From Eledone cirrhosa (taxonomy: Eukaryota): DNA of 64,000 nucleotides. The stretch lies in contig OZ024740.1 of the NCBI GenBank assembly GCA_964016885.1, positions 288,672,001-288,736,000 on the forward strand. Reading direction: 5' to 3'. The translations under genes and the position numbers were made by a program. Position 1 is the first letter of the stretch. Each line of letters begins with the position of its first letter. This document shows, piece after piece, positions 39,791-52,128 of this stretch. A model generated the notes under the pieces. The model made no database searches. It was not told the DNA's origin and saw nothing but the letters and a program-made list of their open reading frames with translations.

Positions 39791-41284
39791 CACACACACA
39801 TTTATATTTATATATATATATATATATATATACATTGATGATGTCATACACAAAACAAATACACCAATTACAATACAGTTTCAGGGATTTATATATCCAA
39901 ATCTGCCACTCATGCAAAACAGTATATGCACAGTCGTCTATCAGCTGGTTATAATATTTATGCCCATTAGATGCTTGCTTGTATAGCCAGTCAATGAAGA
40001 GTTGTGAATTAAAAGCACCAGTTAGTCTGATTATTTCAACCAAATTTTATATAAACACAGTTGCAAGTGAAGAGCAAACAATATTTACAAAAGGCAACAT
40101 GCTACTGATGTTCTAAACATAATGAGTGTGTGATATATATACGAATACATGCGGTATATAAACTACCTATCTCCTATCTAACTTGGTGTTGTGCAGCATG
40201 TACTGACTATATATATCCTCTCCTCTGTACTATACATGACTATTTGTAGTCTTAGTTCTGTGATGGTGTAATTCCTGTCAAATCTACTACCACTGTCTTA
40301 TTCTATTGAATCCCTTTGTATGTATGTATGTATGTATATTTGTGCATATACATTTATATATAATGCATATATATATATATATATATATATATGTTTGTTT
40401 ATATATATACCTTATATGCATGTGTGTGGATGTGAGTTTATCTGCAATATTAGATGTGTGTGTGTGTGTGTGATTGTATAGACGTCTTTTTGTTAATTAA
40501 ATATAGCTGTTGTCAGTATCATTGTTGTAGCTGTTGTTTCTGAATAGCTTGTGTTGTGCACATTGTTTGTTACAAGTTATTAGAAACAATTTTGACTATC
40601 TGGATTTTTTTTTTTTATATTCTATTTAACTAAAGAGTAATTTCAAAGTGATTTAACAAATTATATTAATTCTGTAAACATACATTGATTATGTTTATTA
40701 GTTAAGCTAATTCAATGAGTAATTCTTTTTTAAGGAGATTTTCATTTCAATGCAGATATCCCAATGTAGGGCTAGTTATCATGAAGCAAAGTAACTGTAA
40801 AGTTTACCATTTTTATTAAATGAGGTGAATGTCAGAACTAAAGAATGTCAAATAAAATGCCTTGTGGTATTTAATTACGGCTTTTACGTTCTGTGATTGA
40901 ATCCCACCAAGGTCAGTTTTGCCAAAAGTCGATGAATAAAATAAAGTACCAGTCAAGTACTGGTGCCAATATAGTCGACTTTACCCATCACCTCAAATTT
41001 CTGGCTTTGTGCCTATGTTAGAAATTATTATAATTATTATTAATTAATTGAAAGAATGGAAAAAAAATCTATTTTCATTAAAAGTGGTTGATGTGTGATG
41101 TGAGTGACATTCAATGCGTTAACAATCCCTCAAGCTCTCCAACAACAAATGTGTATTTTCCTGTTATCTCTCTATCTTCTGAAAAATATAACAAACAATG
41201 GTAAACATTTAATTAATTATATTTTTGTTTTATATTCACATTTTTCTTTTTTTTTTCTTCAATTTCTGTGTGCTGTTATTTTAG

Positions 41285-41381
41285 GAGGAACAACCCCAGC
41301 TGTTTGGGAAGATATCACTGCCAGCACCCAACTTACATTTGTCAATGACTGTGTTTCATTCACAACAACTGTTTCAGCTAG
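41285..41381 (+). CDS. Ank2: Ankyrin ZU5-C exon ([33 protein letters not shown])
   Basis: Conserved WEDIT and CVSFTT.VSAR motifs. ttttag acceptor, AG|GTAGGT donor, phase 1-2. Confidence 0.96.
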
Positions 41382-41964
41382 GTAGGTTTTTCTCCTCATA
41401 ACTGAGGGGTTTCTTTTGGTGTTGTTATGTGTGGTAGTTTTTATGTTTCTTTAGTAAAATATCTCTCTCTCTCTCTCTATCTATATATATGTATATGTAT
41501 GTGTGTGTGTATGTATATATATTTAAAAATATATGTGTGTAAATATGGGTTATATCAAATAAGAATAATTATAATCAATTCGTTTGCAAGCAAACGGCCT
41601 CATTATGCTATGTTTTATTTTTGATGACTATCATCATCCGTTTGTTCAACAGTAGCATCAAGGAACAGCCAACATGTTTCTCTGTCATTTCCCTTCATCA
41701 GGATTGTGTACCTTTCTTCTACTCGATTGAACTGTTGAAAATATATAGTATTTTCTAAAATATACATTGGCTGATTAGCCTCATTTACACACCAAGCGGT
41801 TTTATGGCTGACCTTGCCGAAAATTAAAAACAAAATTAGAATTAAATTTGTTGGTCTAACATAGCAGATTACTTAAATATAAATATGGGTTTTATATCTA
41901 ATAATAATAATAATATTCAATTTTTTTGCAAGCAAACAGCCTCATTATATGTATATATATATAT

Positions 41965-42255
41965 ATATAAGATCAAAAGATGGTTAAAGGAGTTCCATAT
42001 ATTTTATTATGCGCATTTCAAAAACAAACATCATCAAGCAATAATATTTGTGTTTTCATCAGATAAAACAGGAGAACATGATATGAAGGCTAAAAAACAC
42101 TTGTTGATAGTGCAGTTTTAAATCAACATATCAACATATCATGTTCTCCTGTTTTATCTGATGAAAACACAAATATTATTGCTTGATGATGTTTGTTTTT
42201 GAAATGCGCATAATAAAATATATGGAACTCCTTTAACCATCTTTTGATCTTATAT
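41965..42255. repeat. Perfect inverted repeat: 121-bp arms (41965-42085 / 42135-42255) with a 49-nt loop
   Basis: A base-by-base comparison of the arms found no mismatch. Confidence 0.95.
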
Positions 42256-42400
42256 TATGCATACTCCAGTCCCACAAACTGTAGAGTGCTTCTTATCCGA
42301 TATCTGCATTGCTTTATTGTACTACAATAAAACTCACCTCCTACATATATATATATATATAAAGAATCTTGCTAAACAAATTCAGAAATGAAATATATAT

Positions 42401-42837
42401 ATATATATCTTCATTGTACTGCATCATTTACTGTGTTGTTTGTCTTTTACTTTTCACATACATATCATCATCATCACATCTCATAGGTTTCTCAGGTGAT
42501 TTAATTATAGGGCACCAGCCCAATCATGTTGTTGTTGTTGATGTTACAGCTCATATATATATACTCAATATGTCTGACTGAACACATACATGCTTTTTCT
42601 CACTCTCCTCTATCTTTCTCTTCTTTTGTTTCTCATTCTATCTTCTGGTGAAGGACTAGCATCCAAAACTTTAAGACTCTTTTCCTACCGTATCAAGCAT
42701 TAACTAATATATATCTTCATTGTACTGCATCATTTGCTGTGTTGTTTGTCTTTTACTTTTCACATACATATCATCATCATTACATCTCATAGGTTTCTCA
42801 GGTGATTTAATTATAAGGGCACCAGCCCAATCATGTT
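42401..42837. repeat. ~130-bp direct duplication (42401-42530 and 42707-42837)
   Basis: ATATCTTCATTGTACTGCATCATTT...GGGCACCAGCCCAATCATGTT is present twice with few differences. Confidence 0.92.
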
Positions 42838-44159
42838 TCGGGAAGCATGGCAGTTTTGAAGGATGCAGTGTCCCAACAGCTAACAACTTGTTGTCCAACC
42901 CAGGAATCAAAGCCACAACTTTATGATCATGAGTCAACACCCTAACCACTAAACCACACATCTTCAATGTCATTTTATTAGTCAGTGTTTATTTTAAAAA
43001 ATCTTATGTCTTGCAATTTTTTTCCCCCTGTGAAAAATATGGGTGTACTGAGTTTTATGTTCACCTTAGCATGTTGCTTGGGTTGGACAGGTCTTTCCAC
43101 TACAGCCACCCTCCACTTATAGTGTTCCTTCGTCATCTTATTAATGCCTACATTATTTTATGCAACTAATCCTTTGTGTGCACTTCAATTTCTCCTGTGC
43201 ACCTGCAGCAAAATGTGTGTGTATGCACATTTACACAGCTTAGAAGGAACAGTGGTGGCAGTTAGTATGGTATTGGCTGGAGCTGATGTTAGCTATTATT
43301 AAAGGCAATCCAGTCATGATAATCCTGTCTTTTTCCTATGTGTAGGAAATCTAGGACCACATGATGCAACATGTCCTTTTTTTAAGATGATTAAGTGTGA
43401 TTTGAGGGATATTTGGCTGTTGTTTTAGCATGTTGAGGGACCATATAGAGACTCTCTTGATGGTTTGTTTTGAGTGATTTTTCAATGGTGCGTGGTGTTT
43501 AGTGGTTGTTGCTGTTGTTTATCTTCAAGTCAGCCTAGAACTACATTGTTCAGTATGTTTTCCCTTTCTTAAAACAGTAGTGAATAGAGTAAATTTGGCT
43601 TTTATTTCTAGTAGGTCAAGAAAAGTAGTAGGCTCTTTCTTATTGAATCAGCTCAGTATAGAGTATGGAGCTAGTGTTACCATTGAAGCTGCTGATATTT
43701 TACTGTTTGTTACTGTGGTGTAAGATAGTATCATTTGGGGCAAGGATCTCAAACACACAGACTGCAGACTACATGTGGTTCACAAACTACTTTTCTATTG
43801 CCAGTAGCAGAACATTTGAAACGGAAAATTTGTACCCCTACATTTTTTACTAATTTATATATCCCACTAACTATCATATATGTATTCATTTTAATGAAAA
43901 ATAAATAAATAGCAACCTATCAGCTGTATTGCAGATTAGCATTATACTCGTGGAAATCACCCTGCCCACCCATCTCACTTTTGACCCACTGTGCCTCTCC
44001 CCCAGGATGTACTGGCTCTTTTGAGTCCTTAACTTTGAGAGCCCTGATTTAAGGACAGCTTAAGTTATCAGAAGCAATCTTTCAAAGAATGTGACAGCCT
44101 GTAGTTTTAGTCATTGTCAGGATTTTGTGTGGAAAAAGTAGTAGTGTTTTTGTGGGTTG

Positions 44160-44570
44160 AAGTGGTGGTGGTGTTCTGATGTGTTATAGTGGTAGTGTTT
44201 TGGAGTGTTGTAGCGGTGGTTGTGTTCTGATGTGTTGTAGTGGTGGTAGTGTTCTGATGTGTTGTAGTGGTTGTACTGTTCTGTTGTGTTTTAGTGGTAG
44301 TGTTTTGGAATGTTTTAGTGGTGGTAGTGTTTTGGAGTGTAGTTGTGGTGGTAGTGTTTTTGTGTGTAATGGTGGTGGTTGTGTTCTGAAATGTTATAGT
44401 GGTAGCATTTTCGAGTGTAGTGGTAGTGTTCTGTAATGTAGTAGCGGTGGTTGTGTTCTGGGGTTTTGTAGTGGTAGTTGTAGTATTTTGAGGTATTGTA
44501 GTAGTAGTATTTTCTGTGAATATTATAGTAGTAGTAGTGTTCTAAGAGTGTTGTAATAGTGTTCTAGGGT
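44160..44570. repeat. Low-complexity GT-rich tandem repeat (GTGTTCTGATGTGTTGTAGTGGT variants)
   Basis: Visible unit of about 24-27 bp that explains the Cys/Gly-rich ORF at 44179-44436. Confidence 0.8.
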
Positions 44571-45016
44571 TGATATCATAGTCTTGTTCAGATAGTGATG
44601 TAGCAATGTTCTTTGGTGGAAGATGATGATGGTGTAATAAGGTTCTGGAGTTGTTGTAGTGGTCAATACACACTGTAAAATGGTTGGTTATAGTTAGGGC
44701 ATCCAGTCATAGAAAACTTACCAAACAAAGGGTTGAGAAGTCTCTTCAGTCTCGTGAAAGACATGACAACCTCCTTAGTGCTGGTGCCATGATAAAATGC
44801 ATCCAGTAAAGTTTGTAGAGTGCAAGAACGACATATCTAAGAGGTCAGTAGCACCAATTAAGTACCATCTTGGTTTGAGACAACCCATCCAAACAGATAT
44901 TAAAGGATTATGATGATGATGATGGGGGATTAAATTAATCTTTATCTCCACCTCCACTACCACCACCAGTAGCTCCCTCTGGCCAAAACTCAGTCTATCC
45001 TTATTTGATCATTCAG

Positions 45017-45245
45017 GTTCTGGTTGATGGATTGTCAAAATGTGAATGAAGCAAGTCGAATGGCCACCGAACTCTACCAAGAAGCAGTGGTTGTACCATT
45101 CATGGCCAAGTTTGTCATATTTGCCAAGCGGCACGCTCCTGAAGAGGGGAAACTACGTATGTTTTGTATGACCGATGACAAGATCGATAAAACTCTAGAA
45201 AAACAAGAAAAGTTCACTGAAGTTGCTCGGAGCCGAGATGTTGAA
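45017..45245 (+). CDS. Ank2: Ankyrin exon, end of ZU5-C into UPA (FWLMDCQ...[12 protein letters not shown]...[28 protein letters not shown])
   Basis: Conserved [24 protein letters not shown] motif. attcag acceptor, GAA|GTGAGT donor, phase 2-0. Confidence 0.97.
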
Positions 45246-45359
45246 GTGAGTTGTCATTCCAATTTTTGTGAATACATATATATATATCATTATGGCATTG
45301 ACAATCAATTGATTTTGATGATAATAATGATAATAATGATGATAATAATTCTGTTCTAG

Positions 45360-45611
45360 GTACTACAAGGACGACCACAATATGTGGAGATGGCTGGCAA
45401 TTTAATACCTGTCACCAAATCTGGTGACCAGCTCTACGTCCATTTCCGAGCATTCCGAGAAAACCGCCTTCCCTGTACGGTGAAGGTACGTGATCTAGAC
45501 CAAGAGGCGGCTGCCCGTGTGGCTTTCATGAAAGAACCGAAAGTAGCTCGGGGTGAGGCTCCTCAATCTCCCATCTGTAACCTCAACATTGTACTACCTG
45601 ATGTATCCAAG
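45360..45611 (+). CDS. Ank2: Ankyrin UPA exon (VLQGRPQYVEMAGNLIPVTKSGDQL...AFRENRLP...PICNLNIVLPDVSK)
   Basis: Conserved GNL.P.TKSG.QL, FRENRL and ICNLNI.LP motifs. ttctag acceptor, AAG|GTAAGA donor, phase 0-0. Confidence 0.97.
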
Positions 45612-46112
45612 GTAAGACTCTAATTTAGCTTTCTCTTCATTTATCTATCTGTACACACACACACACACACACACCCTCTCTCTCTCTCATACACACATAC
45701 TCAAGTGTATATGTTTCCCTGTATATTAGCAAATGAATTTTCTTTGCAATACCAATAGAATATAGAAAGTTCTGGGGATAAAATTAATGCTTTCATTTCA
45801 ATCCAATTACTATTATTAAGAACTCAGGGCAATAGATTAGCAGAATCATTAAAGCATTGGACAAATTGCCTTATAACTTTGTTTGTTTTTTTCTAGTTCT
45901 CTACATTCTGAGTTCAAATCTCTCATAGTTCAACCTTGCCTTTCATTCTTCTGGAGTTGATAAAGTACCAGTCGAGTACTGGAATCTGTTTAATTAACTT
46001 TCTCCTCCCCAAAATTGCTAGCCTTTTGCCCAAATAAGAAACTATCGTTATATAATTGATATGTAATGTGATATTATATGCAATAACAATTTTTAAACCT
46101 CTCCAACACGAT

Positions 46113-46150
<38 letters not shown>

Positions 46151-46364
46151 CTGTAGTATTTGTTCTGGTTTTCTGTCTTAAGTTCAAATTCTGCTGAAGT
46201 CAACCTTTCATTCTTCTAGGGTAGATAAAGTACCAGTCAAGTACTAGGGTCGATTTTAAAAAATTGCTAGCTGTGTGCCTAAATTAGAAGCCATTATTAT
46301 GACTATTATTTTTGTGTAGTATATAACTTATTTTATAGTAGAAATATTTCTTTCTCAATTTCAG

Positions 46365-46443
46365 ACCGATTCAATGGAAATCACTTCAGAGGAAGCTCTT
46401 GAAGTTCGAAAACGGCACAGTCTTCTTAGAGAACACGGAATTG
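46365..46443 (+). CDS. Ank2: Ankyrin UPA-death domain linker exon (TDSMEITSEEALEVRKRHSLLREHGI)
   Basis: ttctcaatttcag acceptor and G|GTAAGG donor. This 79-nt exon bridges the phase-0 end at 45611 to the phase-1 start at 47052. Confidence 0.88.
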
Positions 46444-46559
46444 GTAAGGATGGTCGGATTTTACTTGTTCTATTTTAAGTCTTTGCAAATATATTTGTAT
46501 ACCTTAGATTCAGTTGTAATGAGACTATTAGTGTGTGACCGAATACATGCAAGTTGCTT

Positions 46560-46990
46560 GTACCTGAACACATAAAGCTGATTGTTAGCATGAAACTAAT
46601 CACATGTGGAGATTGGTAGCATAAAGCTAAACACATGGAAGTGACCTATAGTGTGTAACTTAATACCTATATGTGACTGCTGTCAGAGAGCTAAACACCT
46701 GTATGTGGTTGCTACCACATAGCTAAACATCTATAGATGGCTGCTAATGAAGCTAAACCCCTATGGGTGACTGCTAGAGTGCAACAAACATCTATATGCA
46801 GCTGCCACTGTGTAACAAAATACTTAGAGGTGGCTAAAATCATGTAGCTAAGTACTTACAGGTGGCTACTCCCATGTAACTAAACGTCTCCAAGGGGTTG
46901 CTTTAATTTTGCTAAACACCTGGTGGTGGCTACTATTATGTAGCTAAACATTATACATGTGTCTGTTACTACGTAACTAAATACTAAGAA
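46560..46990. repeat. Degenerate ~31-bp tandem repeat (AGCTAAACACCTAT..GTGGCTGCTAC)
   Basis: GCTAAAC recurs at a period of about 31 bp through the intron before the death domain. Confidence 0.75.
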
Positions 46991-47051
46991 TGTGGAACTA
47001 AAAACCTACTGGTGGATGTGTATTTACTGATTTATATTTTCTTATTTCCAG

Positions 47052-47255
47052 TTCTCCAAGATACCATCAGTCGAGCCCAGATGAAAATAGTGGACGTTGC
47101 CGACACACTACAAGGTGACTGGGTGATGCTGGCTCAACAGCTAGACATCACAATGTCAGAGATCAACAAGATCAAAACAGACTACAACACAGTTAATGAT
47201 CAGGCTTTGGCTATGCTACATCTCTGGGTGGAGAAGAATGGCGAAAAAGCATCAG
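47052..47255 (+). CDS. Ank2: Ankyrin death domain exon 1 (LQDTISRAQMKIVDVADTLQGDWVMLAQQLDI...QALAMLHLWVEKNGEKAS)
   Basis: Death-domain pattern (W..LA..L, QA..ML..W). ttccag acceptor, G|GTAAGA donor, phase 1-1. Confidence 0.95.
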
Positions 47256-48478
47256 GTAAGAACTTAGCTGTATTGCAACTTCTTGTTGTTATTACTAGTT
47301 TTGTTGTGTTGCCTCTGTCAGTTCTACTTGATGAGTGGATAATATGGTCCTTTGGTAGTTAAATGAATACTTAGGAGCAAGACACAATGTGACTGTAAAA
47401 GTTATATTTTGGTCCAGACTGTGTCAAGCCATTAATACAGTTGAACTCTGCTGTTACTGCATGTTACTTACATAGTAGATCCATGATGGGTAGAAGGAGT
47501 TGGTAACTCAGGCCAGATTTGTTATTGCGAAACCTTCAATAAGTCCTTTTCAAGCACACATAAAGCATATATTTAGCTGGTTGAACATTTGTGTGTAAAC
47601 TGCAGCCACAAATCTAATTATCCAGATATTTTACACTCCCTATCTGGATTATGACCACAAAGAACAATACAATATGTAATGGCTTATTGAACCAGCAAGA
47701 ATGGTCAGTTGACTTGCTTATTAACAGTAAAAAATGCAAATCTTCCCCCAAACCAACTTTTACAATCTTAAAATGAACAACAAAATTTTTTTTAAAAAGT
47801 CAATTTAGAAACTTGTTTATAAAAAAGAGAGTGGGGAACCACTATGTCTAGAATTTCAGCCAAACAATAAAAAATGTTGGGTGTTGTTTAACCCCAGATC
47901 AACCCTGCTTGAACAGATTTATTCTCAAAAGTATTTTAGCTATAAACTTCTCATTTTTTTATCTATGTAGAACATTGTTCAACATATTCTTCATTTTTCA
48001 AAGGCAATAGGGTGTGATTTAAGTGAGATTTGGCTGTTATTTCTAACATTTTGAGCAACTCTGCAGATGTTCCTTTGTTGTGATGACTAGGTTTGAAAAT
48101 TGGTGAGATGGTATAGTGTCTCAAATCAGCATTGATTGAGCAGATGTGATTAAAGGTGTTTTAGCAATGACCATGCTGTGTTTTATTTCAGACATAGTAT
48201 ATCCCCAACTACATTATTTAATATGTTGGTTCTTTTTTTAACATGGTAGGATGTTGGAAATTTAGCTGTTATTTCTAGCAGTTTGAGTTACCATGTAGTG
48301 GCTCACTCATTGATTCAGCATATTTTAATTTGTATTGACATATTTGGGGGATTCTTTAGTTTTGTGTAGTTAATGTTGTAATTAGTGAAGCCAAACATTA
48401 AATGTTGTAAATTTTACATTTTGAATATGATGTTGATAGTTTTACCAGCTGCATTTTTTTCTGTGTGTTCTGTTGCAG

Positions 48479-48607
48479 GTAATGCATTAGAAAAGGCATT
48501 GATACGTATCAGCCGTGAAGACGTGGTCAAGAAATGCATGTACGATGTTGTAACAGTTGAGGATGAAGTAGATATGGCAGCCGGGAGAGTTGCCATGGAT
48601 CAATCAG
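48479..48607 (+). CDS. Ank2: Ankyrin death domain exon 2 (GNALEKALIRISREDVVKKCMYDV...AMDQS)
   Basis: Death-domain C-terminal L..AL..I.R.D.V pattern. tgttgcag acceptor, G|GTAAGT donor, phase 1-1. Confidence 0.93.
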
Positions 48608-48696
48608 GTAAGTGACTTCAAATTACATTGACATGTGTTGACTCAGTCGCACTTATGCTACTACCACCACCATGATTCCTGTTGCAACTATCACCA

Positions 48697-49243
48697 TTAA
48701 CCCTTTCATTATCATATTTCTAATGAATTAATGATATATTTAGAGGGAATTATTAAAATTATTAAGTATTTCATTATTAAGATGGAGGCACTCTGTCGGT
48801 TACGACGACGTGCGTTCCAGTTGATCCGATCAACAGAACAGCCTGCTTGTGAAATTAACGTTCAAGTGGCTGAGCATTCCTCAGCCATCCTTTACGTAGT
48901 TCTCAGGGAGAGTCAGTGTGACACCGTGTGTGTCAAGGCTGGTCCTTCGAACTACTGGTACAACTCAGTTTTGCCAGCTGAGTGTAGTGGAGCAACATGA
49001 AATAAAATGTCTTGCTCAAGCATACAACATGCTGCTGGGAATCAAACTTATGACCTTATGATTGTGAGCTGAATACCATAATCACAAAGCCATGCACCTT
49101 CACTATTAAGATAGTATTAGTAAAATACCTTAATAAAAGGTTCCTATATAAAATTCTTAATTTATATAGGAACCCTTTAAAATGAGTGGGAGTGTTTCAT
49201 AGAACCAAAAACTGTTTGGACAAGTTGGTAGCAAAAGGGTTAA
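48697..49243 (+). mobile_element. piggyBac-type MITE (TTAACCCTTT...AAAGGGTTAA); family copies at approx. 3773-4036, 17866-18132, 33340-33541, 36165-36340 and 54290-54525 (-)
   Basis: TTAA-flanked CCCTTT/AAAGGG termini and shared internal AT-rich sequence among the copies. Confidence 0.7.
48784..49103 (-). mobile_element. SINE of the second family inserted in a piggyBac-type MITE, with a 9-bp TSD
   Basis: Reverse complement of the 39467 head and core (TGGAGCAAC.TGAAATAAA.TGTCTTGCTCAAG). TATTAAGAT occurs at 48775-48783 and 49104-49112. Confidence 0.75.
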
Positions 49244-50152
49244 TACTAATACTACAACTAGATTGCTATTGCTACTATTAGATGACTACTACTAAATTAA
49301 TTTTACTTCTGCTACCACTATAAATACAATACAGTTTCCCATACATTGTTTCACATAGAGAAAAGGCTGTACATCATCCAAATCAAGTAAATATGGTTAT
49401 ATCTACCATCTTTATTCTTATCAGCAATGTAACTATAACATAACTGCTCATGTTGTCTGCACACTGTCCAATATTTATTTGAACATATTCTAAGGTCAGA
49501 TATTATACACTTGACTACTGGACACCATGTCCATTCTTCTCATCAGTGAAATTGTTCAACAGACCTGCTGATGTAGTCCATACACTGTTCAGTGACTTTT
49601 GGCCATCCCCTGAACATGTTCTACACTTGGCAATAGGACATCTAGATGTTGTTATTTACCTGGTAATCTCTATTGTACACCTGCTCCTGTTGATGTATGG
49701 TAGATGTGATCAAAACATCATAGCTTTCTCCATTTGACAGAATAGTGGTGGTGGAGGGACTGTTTGTATACAGGTGTGGCAGGAATGCAGTGTTGTAGTC
49801 TGGACAGTTTGGAGTACAGATGTGATGGGGATAGTGTTTACAGTCAGTACAGTTGTAAAATAGAAATGCAATGTGATTGTCAGATCCATTGAGATAAGAG
49901 ATACAGTGTAACACTTGAGCTATAAGGTTAATAGATGGTGTTAATGCAGTTTACATACAATTTAGAGTTAGTGAATTAGATAGTTGCTGAGTAGAAATAT
50001 TTTTTGGTGGGTAATTATGGGTTTGTATTGAGTGAAGTTAGGATTATTACAATAAGGATAATAATTTGACTTCAGTCATTAAAATGTTTATGATTTTGTT
50101 GATGGTGAGGATGATGTTAATTTTATTATCATTGCTTGAACACATTTTGCAG

Positions 50153-50253
50153 GCTTCGATACTTTCAAGGAAGAAGTGGGTATATCTCGGGATTCTTCAA
50201 TGAAAAGAGGCATTTCATTAGATGTCTCATATGACGAACAAGACATGATCAAG
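50153..50253 (+). CDS. Ank2: Ankyrin post-death-domain exon (GFDTFKEEVGISRDSSMKRGISLDVSYDEQDMIK)
   Basis: ttttgcag acceptor, AAG|GTGAGT donor, phase 1-0 and an open frame. It is below the ORF-track cutoff. Confidence 0.87.
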
Positions 50254-50789
50254 GTGAGTACATCTAACTTTCTTTTGACACAGTTATGTTAAGATGGTGA
50301 TACTTGCTTTTTACACCTTACAGAAATATGTTTTATCTTTGGTATTTGAAGATTTACAAAAAATGACCTCTCAAAATGATATCTTGATTTGATAGTGTAC
50401 ATTATTATGGTTCAAATTTTACTGTTAGTGGTTAAAGTGGGGACCACCCACACCACCAAGTTTTGAGCTTTTTTTTTTTAATTTGAAAGATCATATGGTG
50501 TTTAGATCAAAACTGTCCCAGTGGCTTTCATTCAAGCATAGTATATCTAGGACTACATTATTTAATGTGACTTATTTGCAAAATGATTGCTACTTTGTAG
50601 TAGGTTAACAAATGACTATGTAGAAGACCTCTGACCATGCCTACAGATTGGACTCAGCACTGTAAACTAACAAAACACTTTCAATTTTACATTGATCAAG
50701 CATTTTTTCATTTGCTAGTCATAAGAAAACAAACAGCCAAGAGAGGTTCGACCCCAGGATCTCGGTTCAGGGCCAGTGGCTTTGGTATG

Positions 50790-51365
50790 TTAACCACTTC
50801 AGATATCTAGATGTTATCATCACTGAAAATAGGTCAAAGCAGGAAATTCTCTCAAGCTGCTCAAGCATCAGCAACATTAGGAAGGTTAAGACTAATATGA
50901 TGAGGCAAGAACACCAGTCTCAGAACTAAACTGAAACTTACATGTGCTCTAGTACTTTCCTTATTATATATTTGCAAGACTTGGGCACTCACAGCAAAAT
51001 TACAAAGGAAAATAATTGACATCTGAAATGAGATTTTACAGAAAAATCAAAGGTATTTCCTATATGGAACATATATGCAACAAAAGTATTTACACAGCAT
51101 TCAAGTAACATGTGGGCAACAATAAAGACCTGCTAACCACTGTAAAGAAAATAAAAATGAGATGGGGGTGATCACAAAACAAGATCTGATAGATTAATCA
51201 AGACCATATTCCAAGGAACAGTTCAGAAAAAAAGAAAGCAAGGACATCTGAAAAAGAAAAGGGTAGTTAACATTAAGGAATAGATCAATGAGGTCTTTGC
51301 AATAACCCAATGAATGAAGGGAAGTGAAACACTGCCCCATCCTGGAGGTCAAGGGAAAAGTGAAG
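50790..51365 (+). mobile_element. 3' fragment of a decayed RTE-clade LINE
   Basis: Broken frames give HFRYL..II, LY.CKTWALT, EMRFYRKI, LLTTVKK.KMRW and TIFQGTV, typical of the region C-terminal to the RTE/BovB reverse transcriptase. Confidence 0.75.
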
Positions 51366-51564
51366 TCATAAGAAAAGCGCAGGAACCATTTTAAGGCACT
51401 TTTTCAAGTGATATATGAAAATGAAACAGTGTAACACATTTACAACTCAGTATACAATGTTATGTAATGTTTTACCTGTCACCTTCCTCTTGTATTTATG
51501 ATATTCCACAGATTAATTTCTTTTATCTCACTGGAGTTTTTTTATGTAGTCTTCAGTTTAAGAA

Positions 51565-51800
51565 TTAGTGTTGTAGCTATCCTGTAACATCTCAGTCACA
51601 ACTGTACTTTCACCTCTATATTAGTGTTGTAGCTTTCTTGTAACATCTCAGTCACAACTGTGCCCTCACCTCTATGTTAGTGTTGTAGTTCTCTTGTAAT
51701 AGTCACATATGCCTCCACCTCTATATTATTAATGCAATTGTTGTGTCATAGATTTCAGTCATAGCCACCCTTTCACCACTATATTAGTGTTGTAGCTGTT
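51565..51800. repeat. Degenerate ~55-bp tandem repeat (TTAGTGTTGTAGCT...CAGTCACAACTGT...CACCTCTATA)
   Basis: About four recognisable copies. Confidence 0.8.
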
Positions 51801-52128
51801 TTCAAAAAAGTCTTAGCTTTGTGTGTCACTTGGCCTGTTATCGTAAAACGTTTTCACTTGATAACAGATTCATGTTAACCTCTCACTTAATAACCCTATT
51901 TGGGTCAGTGACTTGAGAAGCTTGGTTAGACTGCAGTCACCTGAGTATCACATCACATCACATTTCTTTATAAATATTATTGCTTCTGATCTCACATATG
52001 CTCACCTGAAGCTCTACAAATGTTAGTGTGCAAGCCCCAACACTCTGCACAGTGGCAACAATAGCAGCACTAAACAAATGTTGCTGACATATGTAAAGTT
52101 GGTGCAACTGTTGCTTTGTGTATTGCAG

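Noticed and set aside
39477-40043. Longest ORF in the track (188 aa, minus strand)
   Set aside because: It runs through a SINE and a (TA)n tract and has no protein-like features.
44179-44436. Cys/Gly/Ser-rich ORF resembling metallothionein or a keratin-associated protein
   Set aside because: It is a low-complexity GT-rich tandem repeat with no splice or start context.
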